A stretch of DNA of 64,000 nucleotides from Polyangiales bacterium (GTDB taxonomy: Bacteria; Myxococcota_A; Polyangia; Polyangiales; Polyangiaceae). The first letter of the stretch is position 1, and each line of letters begins with the position of its first letter. Under the pieces are notes generated by a model. That model saw only the letters and a program-made list of their open reading frames with translations, was not told the DNA's origin and searched no databases. The position numbers and the translations under genes are program-made. The DNA is taken from assembly GCA_038230375.1 (NCBI GenBank), contig JBBRNJ010000006.1:96001-160000 (forward strand), in the 5' to 3' direction. Of the stretch, positions 46,566 to 54,346 are shown piece by piece.

Positions 46566-47041
46566 TGGACGATCCGGAGCGAGTACTGCTCGAGCGTGCC
46601 CACCGTGATCAGCGAGCCGTCGGGAAACTTGCAGAACGCATCCGTTGCGCCCACGCTGTTCTTTCCCGTCACGACTTGATTGTTCATCTTGATGCACACC
46701 TTGCTGCCGGGCTTGGTGCGGCCATCGAGCTCGCGCTTCGCGATCTCCGTGGGCATGCCGCTCTTCACGTACTGGAAGGCGGCGCAGTCCAGGGTGCCAT
46801 CCGCCTTCTTGCACGACGCTGAGAGCTTGATCCCGAGTTGCGTGAAGTAGAGCAGCGGGACCGGCGCGGGCCCGTCGTCCATCGTCCACGTCTCTGGCAG
46901 TCCGCTCTTGCCGTCCAGTGTGGCGGGCGAGGCCGGCGCGCTCTGCGGCGTGGCAGCCCCGCTCTCCGGCCCTTCCTTGCCGCAGCCAGCGACCAAGAGC
47001 GAAACGGGTACGATGCACACAAGCAACTCTGACATCCGCAT
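46562..47041 (-). CDS. Lipoprotein with a DUF333-like Cys motif
   Basis: LLVAGC lipobox; PGSKVC...AFCKFPDGS. Confidence 0.65.
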   Translation of the reverse strand: MRMSELLVCIVPVSLLVAGCGKEGPESGAATPQSAPASPATLDGKSGLPETWTMDDGPAPVPLLYFTQLGIKLSASCKKADGTLDCAAFQYVKSGMPTEIAKRELDGRTKPGSKVCIKMNNQVVTGKNSVGATDAFCKFPDGSLITVGTLEQYSLRIVQ

Positions 47042-47093
47042 GCGAGCAGAAATAGCGCGGATCAGCGCAATTACCAGCAGAACGTGACGCGGG

Positions 47094-48659
47094 TTACTTC
47101 GTCTTGATGTAGCGCATCGCCACGAACGTGGCGCCCGCAGCGAGCACGAGGGACACCAGGGCCACGACGATGATCAACGGAATGCTGACCCGCCCAACTT
47201 GCTGGGTGCCGCTCTGGTCGAGCATCTGGCTCGGGGCTGGTGCATGCGCGTTGGGGTTCATCTGGCCCGGATAGGGCCCGCCCACATTGGATGCATGATA
47301 CATGGGTTGCGGCGAATCCATGTACGAGCTCAGCGGCCCGGCCGACGCTGGAGGTGACATGTCGAAGCTGGCAGGAGATGGGCGGTCCGGCATGGCCTCG
47401 CGCCGCTGCTTCGTGGTGACGGTGGGCTCGGTGTGTGGCGCTGGGGGGATCGGCGGCCGCGCAGCTTGCGAGGGCGGCGCGGACGGCATGCGCGGAGTCG
47501 GCGGCGGCGGGCCAGCCTTCTCGTCCGGGAGCGCGAGCACCGTGTCGGCGTTCTCCGCGTCGAATGGCGCCTCGCCGCTCATGCGCGCGTGCATCTCCTT
47601 GGTCATGTCCGTCATCAACGTCGCGTCGTCGTCGGTGCGCGCGGGGCCGTGCTCGGTCGCGGCCTTGGGCAGGGGCGGCGGCATGCGTGCGCCTGGCTTG
47701 CTCGGCGCGGAGGTGAAGATGTCGTCCTCTGTGGCGCCGGACCGCACGGAGGTCGGCGCGATGGCGTCTGGCCGCGACACCATGCGCGGCCTTTGCTGCG
47801 GCTGCGCGGCCGAGAGCGCGGCGAGCATGCTGCGCGCGTCCGGGAAGCGGTCGGCCTTCTCGAACTGCAGGGCGCGATCGACGACCGCGGCCACCAGAGG
47901 CGGCACCCACGGCGCCAGATCGCGGATGGGGGGAGCACGACGCGTTGCCGCAGCGATGAGATGCTCCCGTATGCTGCCGGCCTCGTGAATGTGCTTGCCC
48001 GTGATGAGCGTGTACATCGTCGCGCCCAGTCCCCACACGTCGGACTGAGCGTCGATCTCGTCGCGTCGGGCGGTGGCCTGCTCGGGCGCCATGAACTCCG
48101 GCGTGCCGATCATGACGCCGGTGCGCGTGGTCTCGGCGCCCGGGACCCCCTCGAGCAAGCGCGCGAGTCCGAAGTCCAGGATCTTCACGCGACCTGTCGT
48201 GGTGAGGAACAGATTGTCCGGCTTGAGATCGCGGTGCACCACGCCAGCGTCGTGCGCAGCGGCGAGCGCCTCCAGCACCTCGCGGCTGTACTTCAGCACG
48301 CGGTCGAGCGGCAGCCGTCCGCTCGAAGCAACGCGCGCGGCCTCCAGCGTCTCGCCCTCGAGCAGCTCGACGACCAGGTACACCTCACCCTGCTCGGTGA
48401 CGTCGTCGTCGATCACCTCCACGACGCCAGGATGGCGTACCTGGTTGCCGACGTACCCTTCGCGCAGGAAGCGAGACTTGATCTCCGGCTCCCGCGCGAG
48501 ATCCGCGTGGAGGATCTTCAGCGCGGCGCGGGAGCCGTTGTTCTTGTGCGTGGCGGCGTAGACCGTGGACATGCCACCGGTCCCGATGCGCGCGTCCACA
48601 TGCCACTTGCCGTTGATGACAGACCCGACGCGGCCACGGTGCGACGGGACGCCGCTCAT
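47094..48659 (-). CDS. Ser/Thr protein kinase with C-terminal TM anchor
   Basis: IGTGGMSTVY, ALK, HRDLKPDNLF, DFGLAR, GTPEFMAPEQ. Confidence 0.95.
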   Translation of the reverse strand: MSGVPSHRGRVGSVINGKWHVDARIGTGGMSTVYAATHKNNGSRAALKILHADLAREPEIKSRFLREGYVGNQVRHPGVVEVIDDDVTEQGEVYLVVELLEGETLEAARVASSGRLPLDRVLKYSREVLEALAAAHDAGVVHRDLKPDNLFLTTTGRVKILDFGLARLLEGVPGAETTRTGVMIGTPEFMAPEQATARRDEIDAQSDVWGLGATMYTLITGKHIHEAGSIREHLIAAATRRAPPIRDLAPWVPPLVAAVVDRALQFEKADRFPDARSMLAALSAAQPQQRPRMVSRPDAIAPTSVRSGATEDDIFTSAPSKPGARMPPPLPKAATEHGPARTDDDATLMTDMTKEMHARMSGEAPFDAENADTVLALPDEKAGPPPPTPRMPSAPPSQAARPPIPPAPHTEPTVTTKQRREAMPDRPSPASFDMSPPASAGPLSSYMDSPQPMYHASNVGGPYPGQMNPNAHAPAPSQMLDQSGTQQVGRVSIPLIIVVALVSLVLAAGATFVAMRYIKTK

Positions 48660-48684
48660 CGGGAACCTGGGCGGGTCAGCGAGC

Positions 48685-49146
48685 TCAGTTCACGCCGCCC
48701 GCGCCGCCGGCCTGCACGGCCTGGGGAGCCTGGGGAGCTTGCACGTCGGTGTGACCGTCGGCGCTCGCGCTGGGCTCCCCAGACGTGGTGCCGGAAGCCA
48801 CCTTCTCCGCGTGCTCGCGGAGGACGCGCTCTACCTCCGCATCCATCTGACCCGTGACGATCTTCTTCCACATCACGAAGTCCGCGCGGAACGACCAGAG
48901 CGGGTACTTGAACGTTGCGGGCTTGTTCTTCTCGATGAAGAAGTGACTGATCCACGCAGGTCCGTAGCCGAGCACGGGCGCCACGAGCATCATCCATTTC
49001 TTGCGAAGCAGAAGCCCCGTCGCGAACGTCGCCACGGCGGCGGTGGTCCCGACGAAGTGCAGGATCCGAGTCGCCTTGTGCTGGTGCTCACGCACGTAGA
49101 AGGGCCAGAACTCTTCGAAGGTGCCGTAGCGTTTTTCTTCTTCCAT
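48685..49146 (-). CDS. DUF962/Mpo1-like membrane protein
   Basis: FEEFWPFY.REH, R.LHFVGT, GYG.AW.SHFFIEKNKPATFKYP.WS...DF; GGAGG RBS. Confidence 0.88.
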   Translation of the reverse strand: MEEEKRYGTFEEFWPFYVREHQHKATRILHFVGTTAAVATFATGLLLRKKWMMLVAPVLGYGPAWISHFFIEKNKPATFKYPLWSFRADFVMWKKIVTGQMDAEVERVLREHAEKVASGTTSGEPSASADGHTDVQAPQAPQAVQAGGAGGVN

Positions 49147-49237
49147 GGCGCCTCCAGTATCCACGTTTTTCCGCGGAATACGAGTCTTTCGCTCGGCTTC
49201 CTCAAGATGTGGTCGACCGGCGTTCACGCCCAGGCGC

Positions 49238-51115
49238 TCACGAGTCTCGTCGACCTCGCAAGATGGCTGCCATGCGTTCAGGCAGGCTGGCCATGACTTT
49301 GGCCGTGAGCCGCGTCCAGCGCGCGCGGGCTCTGCCCCCAGGCGCGAACACCCGCGCTCGCGCGAAGAAGAGGCCGACCGCCACGAACGTGACGAACGAG
49401 AGCGCAGCCCCCGCATAAAGGCCCTTCGGCACATAGGAGAGGTGCGCGCGTCCGCGTCCCGCCGGCACGTCCACCACGAGCAGCAGCTTCTCGGAGCTCA
49501 CCGTGCCGACGTCGGAGCCCCACCCGCGCTCGTAGCCCGAGTTGACCAGGATGCGACCGGGGCGTTCCGCCACGTAGTCGATCGTGAACGTGTTCTGGGT
49601 GCGGTTCGCCACCTCCACCTTGACCCAGCTGTCCTTCGCGCGCGCCTGCGGCAGATCGCCCGGCCACGTCGCCGCGTCCGCGGAGAACGCCCACGCCAGC
49701 GAGCATGCCCGACGTCCGCGGTTCTGCATGGGCTGGTCTATGTCCTGCGCCATGTCCGGACCCTCGTAGTAGAGGCGCGTGGACGGACGCATGGGCACCT
49801 CGGGGGCGCCACCGAAGCGCGTGGCAACGAGCTCACCCGTCACGCCGATCACGTCACCCGCGCCGAGCAGCGCGACGCCGCACACGACCGTGCGCGCAAT
49901 GCGCGACACACGTCCTCCGAACCACCGATGGAGGACCTGCGGTACGCGATCCATCGCCACGCCTACGTAGGCCGCAATGAAGATGCAGAGCACCAGCCGG
50001 AAGCGCGCCGACACGCGCATCGACTTGAACGGGAACACGTGGTGGTTCAGCAGCGACCAGGGCGCCCAGTCACGGAAGTGCCCCAGCATCATGATGAAGA
50101 CGAAGAACGAGAGCGCCGCCATCCAGGCGTATTTCCGGCCCGCGAAGAGGATGCCCAGCGCGCAGAGGAAGAGCACCAGGACGCCCACGTATGCGTCGTA
50201 CTCGCCCCAGACGTACGTCTGCTCGGGCAGGCGGTACCACCAGTGGACCTCGCGCAGCGTGTACATGGACTTCAGCGTTGTCCAGCGGAGCAGGTGGTCC
50301 GCGTCGGGCGCGATGAGGCGACGCTTCGAGGTGAACTGATCCACCAGCGGGAACACCCGCGCCGCGCCGCCACAGATTCCGACGACCACGGTGGTGACGC
50401 CCGCCTTGATGATCCCGCGAAGCCGCTGCAGCGAGCCGATGCGCGTCAGCGTCTCCGCCGCGAGCAGCAGCGCGGTGTGTGGGATCGGGTACGTGGCGCC
50501 GTCGTAGAACATCAGCGCGACGAGGAGCCCAAGGCCCACGGCCTTGTTCGGGTTGCGATCAGCGCCGCGCCACAGAAACAGCGCGAGCGGCACGTCGAAG
50601 AACGAGATGAGCGCCGCATGCGCGCCTGCGTACTGGCTCGCGTGGCACACGCCGAACGTGTAGATGCACGCGGACGCGAATGCCGCGAGGCGCGACAGGA
50701 AGAGCTCGCGCCGACAGAGCAGCCACATGCCGAGGAACCCGATCGACATGTGCGCGACGTTCCACACGTACACGGTCTTCGTGGCGGAGAGCCAGACGGT
50801 CATCCAGATGAAGGGCGACGCAGCCATGGACTCCGGGTCGTCCCAGAGCGGTGAGCCGCCGCACTCGTAGGGGTTCCAGAGCGGGAGCTCGCCGTGAAGG
50901 CGGAAGGCTGCCTTCATGGAGTTGAACATGCGAAGGAACGTGCGCCCGTCGCCCTCGGGCGTGTTCGGGAACGCGTCGATCATCGGGTACCACGCGACCA
51001 CGGCGAGCGCCGCGCCGAGCAGGAGCACCGCAACGACGCGCACCACCGGGAGCTCGGTCCACGAGGCGGTGGTCCTACGGGGCGCGCGAGGCGGACTCTT
51101 TGCGGGTGTCGCCAT
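49238..51115 (-). CDS. Polytopic membrane protein, YfhO/GT-C glycosyltransferase-like
   Basis: GELPLWNPY..GG.P, multiple TMs, RVSARF, C-terminal periplasmic YERGW...VPAG domain. Confidence 0.7.
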   Translation of the reverse strand: MATPAKSPPRAPRRTTASWTELPVVRVVAVLLLGAALAVVAWYPMIDAFPNTPEGDGRTFLRMFNSMKAAFRLHGELPLWNPYECGGSPLWDDPESMAASPFIWMTVWLSATKTVYVWNVAHMSIGFLGMWLLCRRELFLSRLAAFASACIYTFGVCHASQYAGAHAALISFFDVPLALFLWRGADRNPNKAVGLGLLVALMFYDGATYPIPHTALLLAAETLTRIGSLQRLRGIIKAGVTTVVVGICGGAARVFPLVDQFTSKRRLIAPDADHLLRWTTLKSMYTLREVHWWYRLPEQTYVWGEYDAYVGVLVLFLCALGILFAGRKYAWMAALSFFVFIMMLGHFRDWAPWSLLNHHVFPFKSMRVSARFRLVLCIFIAAYVGVAMDRVPQVLHRWFGGRVSRIARTVVCGVALLGAGDVIGVTGELVATRFGGAPEVPMRPSTRLYYEGPDMAQDIDQPMQNRGRRACSLAWAFSADAATWPGDLPQARAKDSWVKVEVANRTQNTFTIDYVAERPGRILVNSGYERGWGSDVGTVSSEKLLLVVDVPAGRGRAHLSYVPKGLYAGAALSFVTFVAVGLFFARARVFAPGGRARARWTRLTAKVMASLPERMAAILRGRRDS

Positions 51116-51120
51116 GATCG

Positions 51121-52956
51121 TCAGAAGGGGAGCTTCGGGCAGTTGTCGCTGCGCGCTGCGCCGGCCTTTCGCTCGTCCATCACGGCCACGGCCTCCATGT
51201 GCATCATGCGCTCCAGGTCTGCCAGGCGGTACCACGCACACGGACGCCGCGTGCCGTAGCGTTCCGCGTCCGTGCGCATCTCCGTGAGCCTGTCGCGTCC
51301 GCTAGGCTCCCATGCGACCGTCCACAGACCTGCGGTGGACGCGTGATCGCCGAGCTCGTCGACGCCAGGCGTGGTGAGCTGCGGATAGATGCCGCACGCA
51401 AACGCGAAGACGAACGTGACCACGCGCGCCAGGTAGAACAGGACGCGTTCACGTTTGCTGCTGATAAATGCCGGGATCAGCGCCGCGCCGAGCAGCGCGA
51501 GCGCCACGATGTACCAGAGCGTGGTGTCCTTCCACCCGACCCACTCGCCGATGTGGTGCGCCACGAAGCCGCCCTGGATGAGCGGCACTGCGAAGTACAT
51601 GAACGGGCGGAGCTGCGTCTCGGGCAGCGTGTTGTAGACGAGCCCCACGATGCCCACGGCAAGCACACCCGACAGCGCGAGCCCCGCGGCGAGCCCACGC
51701 GCGAGCGCACGATGGAACTCCCCGCGTCGCGCAAACCACGAGAGCGCGACCACCGCGCCGAACGCGAAGAACGGCGGCGCCGCACCAAGCCTGCGCGCGC
51801 CCAGGGTCCAGCCCGCGCGCCATTCGATCGCGCTGCATGCGCCGAACCACAGCGCGGCCATGCATGCGACCCAGATCACGGTGGAGTACGCGAGGATCCG
51901 CGTCCGTCGCACGCTGCTCCAGAACAGGAAGAACGCGACCGGGATCGCCAGGAACCCGAGCCACATATACGGGCTCATTCCGAAGAAGCCAGAGCCCACG
52001 GGCAGCGACAGCCCGACGAGCGCCTCCTTCGTGGGCGTGATCGCTCCGTAGAGGCCCTTCTTGTGCTCCTCCGCCCAGAGCGGGTTCTCGACCATCGTGT
52101 GGCCCGGCGTGAGCGGGTTCCCGAACGAACGCCACTGGTAGAACATCTGCAGCAGTATCGTGACGAGCCCGCCGGTGCAGTACGAGAGCAGGCGCAGGGG
52201 CCGGTAGAACACGAAGAAGCCGAAGAACGCGAGCAGGATCGAGAGCGGGAGCCCGTGGTACTCGAGCATCGTCACCCAGCCTGCGCAGACGCCTGCAAGG
52301 AATGCATGGAACGCGCGCCGCTTCTTCGCGTCCGGCTCGAGCCTCAACGCGCGCTCGGCAAGTCCGAACGAGAGGAACGCGGCCACGGCAAACACCGAGT
52401 GGCTCACGTACATGTTCGCATAGCCCAGGTAGTTCGTGCCCAGGCCCGCCGCCGTCACTGCCGCGAGGCGCAGCGGAACGTCGCGCGTGACGGTTCGCAG
52501 GTACCTCTCGAACCACACCAGGAACAGGAAGCATGGCAGCTGCACGCTGAAGATGCGAAGCACCCATGTCGTCATGCGCAGCCACTGCATGCGCAGCTCC
52601 GGCGTGGACGCCTCCGTGGGCATCACCGTGCCAAAGACCCAGGAGATCTTCGAGTAGACGAAGTACACCGGCACGCCCAGGTAGCCGGTGCCTGGCCCCT
52701 TCACGCAGTGCCAGTGCATCTCGCCGTCGCGACCCTTCACGCGCGCCATGTCGTTGGTCCAGCCCTGCCGCGTGACGATCTTGTCCAGCTGGAAGGTGTG
52801 GTCCTCGACGATGGCCATCGTCATGAACGTGCGCGTGTTCTCGTTCGGGTTGTTCGTGGGGCCGAAGTACGGGAACACGAAGAACAGCGGAAGGAACGCC
52901 AGCACGAAATAGATGCGCACTGACCTTGGCGTCTTCTTGAGGCTCCCCGAGCGCAT
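51121..52956 (-). CDS. Polytopic membrane protein, putative GT-C fold glycosyltransferase
   Basis: NPNENTR acidic loop after TM1; K.PG...LGVP; many TMs; FGNPL.PG; G.R.L motif. Confidence 0.6.
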   Translation of the reverse strand: MRSGSLKKTPRSVRIYFVLAFLPLFFVFPYFGPTNNPNENTRTFMTMAIVEDHTFQLDKIVTRQGWTNDMARVKGRDGEMHWHCVKGPGTGYLGVPVYFVYSKISWVFGTVMPTEASTPELRMQWLRMTTWVLRIFSVQLPCFLFLVWFERYLRTVTRDVPLRLAAVTAAGLGTNYLGYANMYVSHSVFAVAAFLSFGLAERALRLEPDAKKRRAFHAFLAGVCAGWVTMLEYHGLPLSILLAFFGFFVFYRPLRLLSYCTGGLVTILLQMFYQWRSFGNPLTPGHTMVENPLWAEEHKKGLYGAITPTKEALVGLSLPVGSGFFGMSPYMWLGFLAIPVAFFLFWSSVRRTRILAYSTVIWVACMAALWFGACSAIEWRAGWTLGARRLGAAPPFFAFGAVVALSWFARRGEFHRALARGLAAGLALSGVLAVGIVGLVYNTLPETQLRPFMYFAVPLIQGGFVAHHIGEWVGWKDTTLWYIVALALLGAALIPAFISSKRERVLFYLARVVTFVFAFACGIYPQLTTPGVDELGDHASTAGLWTVAWEPSGRDRLTEMRTDAERYGTRRPCAWYRLADLERMMHMEAVAVMDERKAGAARSDNCPKLPF

Positions 52957-53032
52957 TCAGCGCTGTTCTCTACGCGAAGGCGAGGGGGGCTGTCACTGGG
53001 CCTGTCAGGGTTGGAGCGGTCAAACCTTCCCG

Positions 53033-53061
53033 TTGTCTACGGGGACCTGCGCCGCTAATGT
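53033..53061 (+). promoter_or_regulatory. Possible sigma70-type promoter for the DegT gene
   Basis: TTGTCT-17 nt-TAATGT in the divergent intergenic region. Confidence 0.35.
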
Positions 53062-53119
53062 CGTCTACCCGTCATCTGCCTAGAATTTCAGCTCGGAAGC
53101 TCACAAGGAAGAACCCGCC

Positions 53120-54238
53120 ATGCCCGTGCCCTTCATTGACCTGTCCCGCCTCGTGAAAGAGATCTCGGCCGACGTCCTCACGGACTGGAAGGGCTGCCTC
53201 GAGCGGTGCGAGTTCGTCGGGGGGCCGAGCGTCACGGCGATGGAGAAGAAGCTCCGTGAGGTGCTCGGCGTCCCGCACGGGCTTTCGTGCGCGAACGGCA
53301 CCGACGCGCTCATCGTGGCGCTGCAGCTCGCGGGCGTCACGCCCGGTAGCAAGGTCGCGCTCCCGAACCTCACGTTCTGGGCCACGTACGAGGCGGTCGC
53401 GCAGCTCGGCGCAACGGCGGTGCTCATCGACATAGACGAGACGGACCTTCAGATGAGCTTCGACGAGTTCAAGAAGGCGCACGCCGCGCACAAATTCGAG
53501 GCGGCACTGCTCCCGCACCTCTACGGGTGGGCCTCCGCACACCTCGCGGATTTCCGTGCATTCTGCAAGGAACACCACGTGTTCCTGGTGGAGGACGGCG
53601 CGCAGTGCTTTGGCGTCGAGGTGAAGGGCGAGCCGATCCTGAAGCAGGCGGCGGTCGGCACCGTCTCGTTCTACCCGGCGAAGGTGATCGGCGGCGCGAT
53701 GGACGGCGGCGCGATCACGATGCAGACGGAGGCGCACGAGAAGCTTGCGCGCTCGCTCTGCAACCACGGCCGCTCCGATCACTACAGCTACGCGCACGTC
53801 GGCTGGAACAGTCGCATGGGTGGCATGCAGGGCGCCTTCCTTGGTCGCATGCTCGACAAGACGACCGCGGTGGTGGCGAACCGTCGCAAGGCTGCGGAGA
53901 TGTATCGCGAGAAGCTCGCGAAGGTCGGCGGGGGCAAGATCAAGGTGTGGGGACCTCCCGCGGGCGTGAGCGAGAACGGCTACCTCAACGTGCTCACGGT
54001 CGAAGGCAAGAAGGGCCAGGAGATCGTCGACAAGCTCAAGGCCGCAGGCATCGGCGCCGCGCGAACCTACCCTGAGACCATGGACGTGCAGCCGCCGGCA
54101 AAGCCCGCGATCCGCTTCGGCGACCTCGCCAAGTCCAAGGCCTTCTGCGATCGGGTCGTCAATCTGCCGCTCTTCTACGGCATCCGCGAAGAAGAAATCG
54201 ACGCCTCCGTCGCCGCGCTCGTCACCGCGATCGGATAG
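53120..54238 (+). CDS. DegT/DnrJ/EryC1/StrS-family PLP-dependent sugar aminotransferase
   Basis: CANGTDAL, TFWAT.EA, HLYG, EDGAQ.FG, SFYPAK..G...DGG, GWNSRM, LPLF. Confidence 0.93.
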   Translation: MPVPFIDLSRLVKEISADVLTDWKGCLERCEFVGGPSVTAMEKKLREVLGVPHGLSCANGTDALIVALQLAGVTPGSKVALPNLTFWATYEAVAQLGATAVLIDIDETDLQMSFDEFKKAHAAHKFEAALLPHLYGWASAHLADFRAFCKEHHVFLVEDGAQCFGVEVKGEPILKQAAVGTVSFYPAKVIGGAMDGGAITMQTEAHEKLARSLCNHGRSDHYSYAHVGWNSRMGGMQGAFLGRMLDKTTAVVANRRKAAEMYREKLAKVGGGKIKVWGPPAGVSENGYLNVLTVEGKKGQEIVDKLKAAGIGAARTYPETMDVQPPAKPAIRFGDLAKSKAFCDRVVNLPLFYGIREEEIDASVAALVTAIG

Positions 54239-54346
54239 AGGACCCCCACCGCAGTTCGTGACGAAGTCGTCACATACGTCGCATGTCCGGAACTACCGGT
54301 GCTGATCGTATCTGGCGGTCGTGCGTGCTAAAAAAGGCCGGTTCGG

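Noticed and set aside
52990..53008. CTGTCAC-N5-CTGTCAG as a Pho box for the nearby PhoB-like regulator
   Set aside because: Repeat spacing is 12 bp rather than the canonical 11 and the spacer is GC-rich.
54312..54330. Sigma54 promoter TGGC...TGC upstream of the PgsC-like gene
   Set aside because: GG-to-GC spacing is 11 nt, not the required 10.
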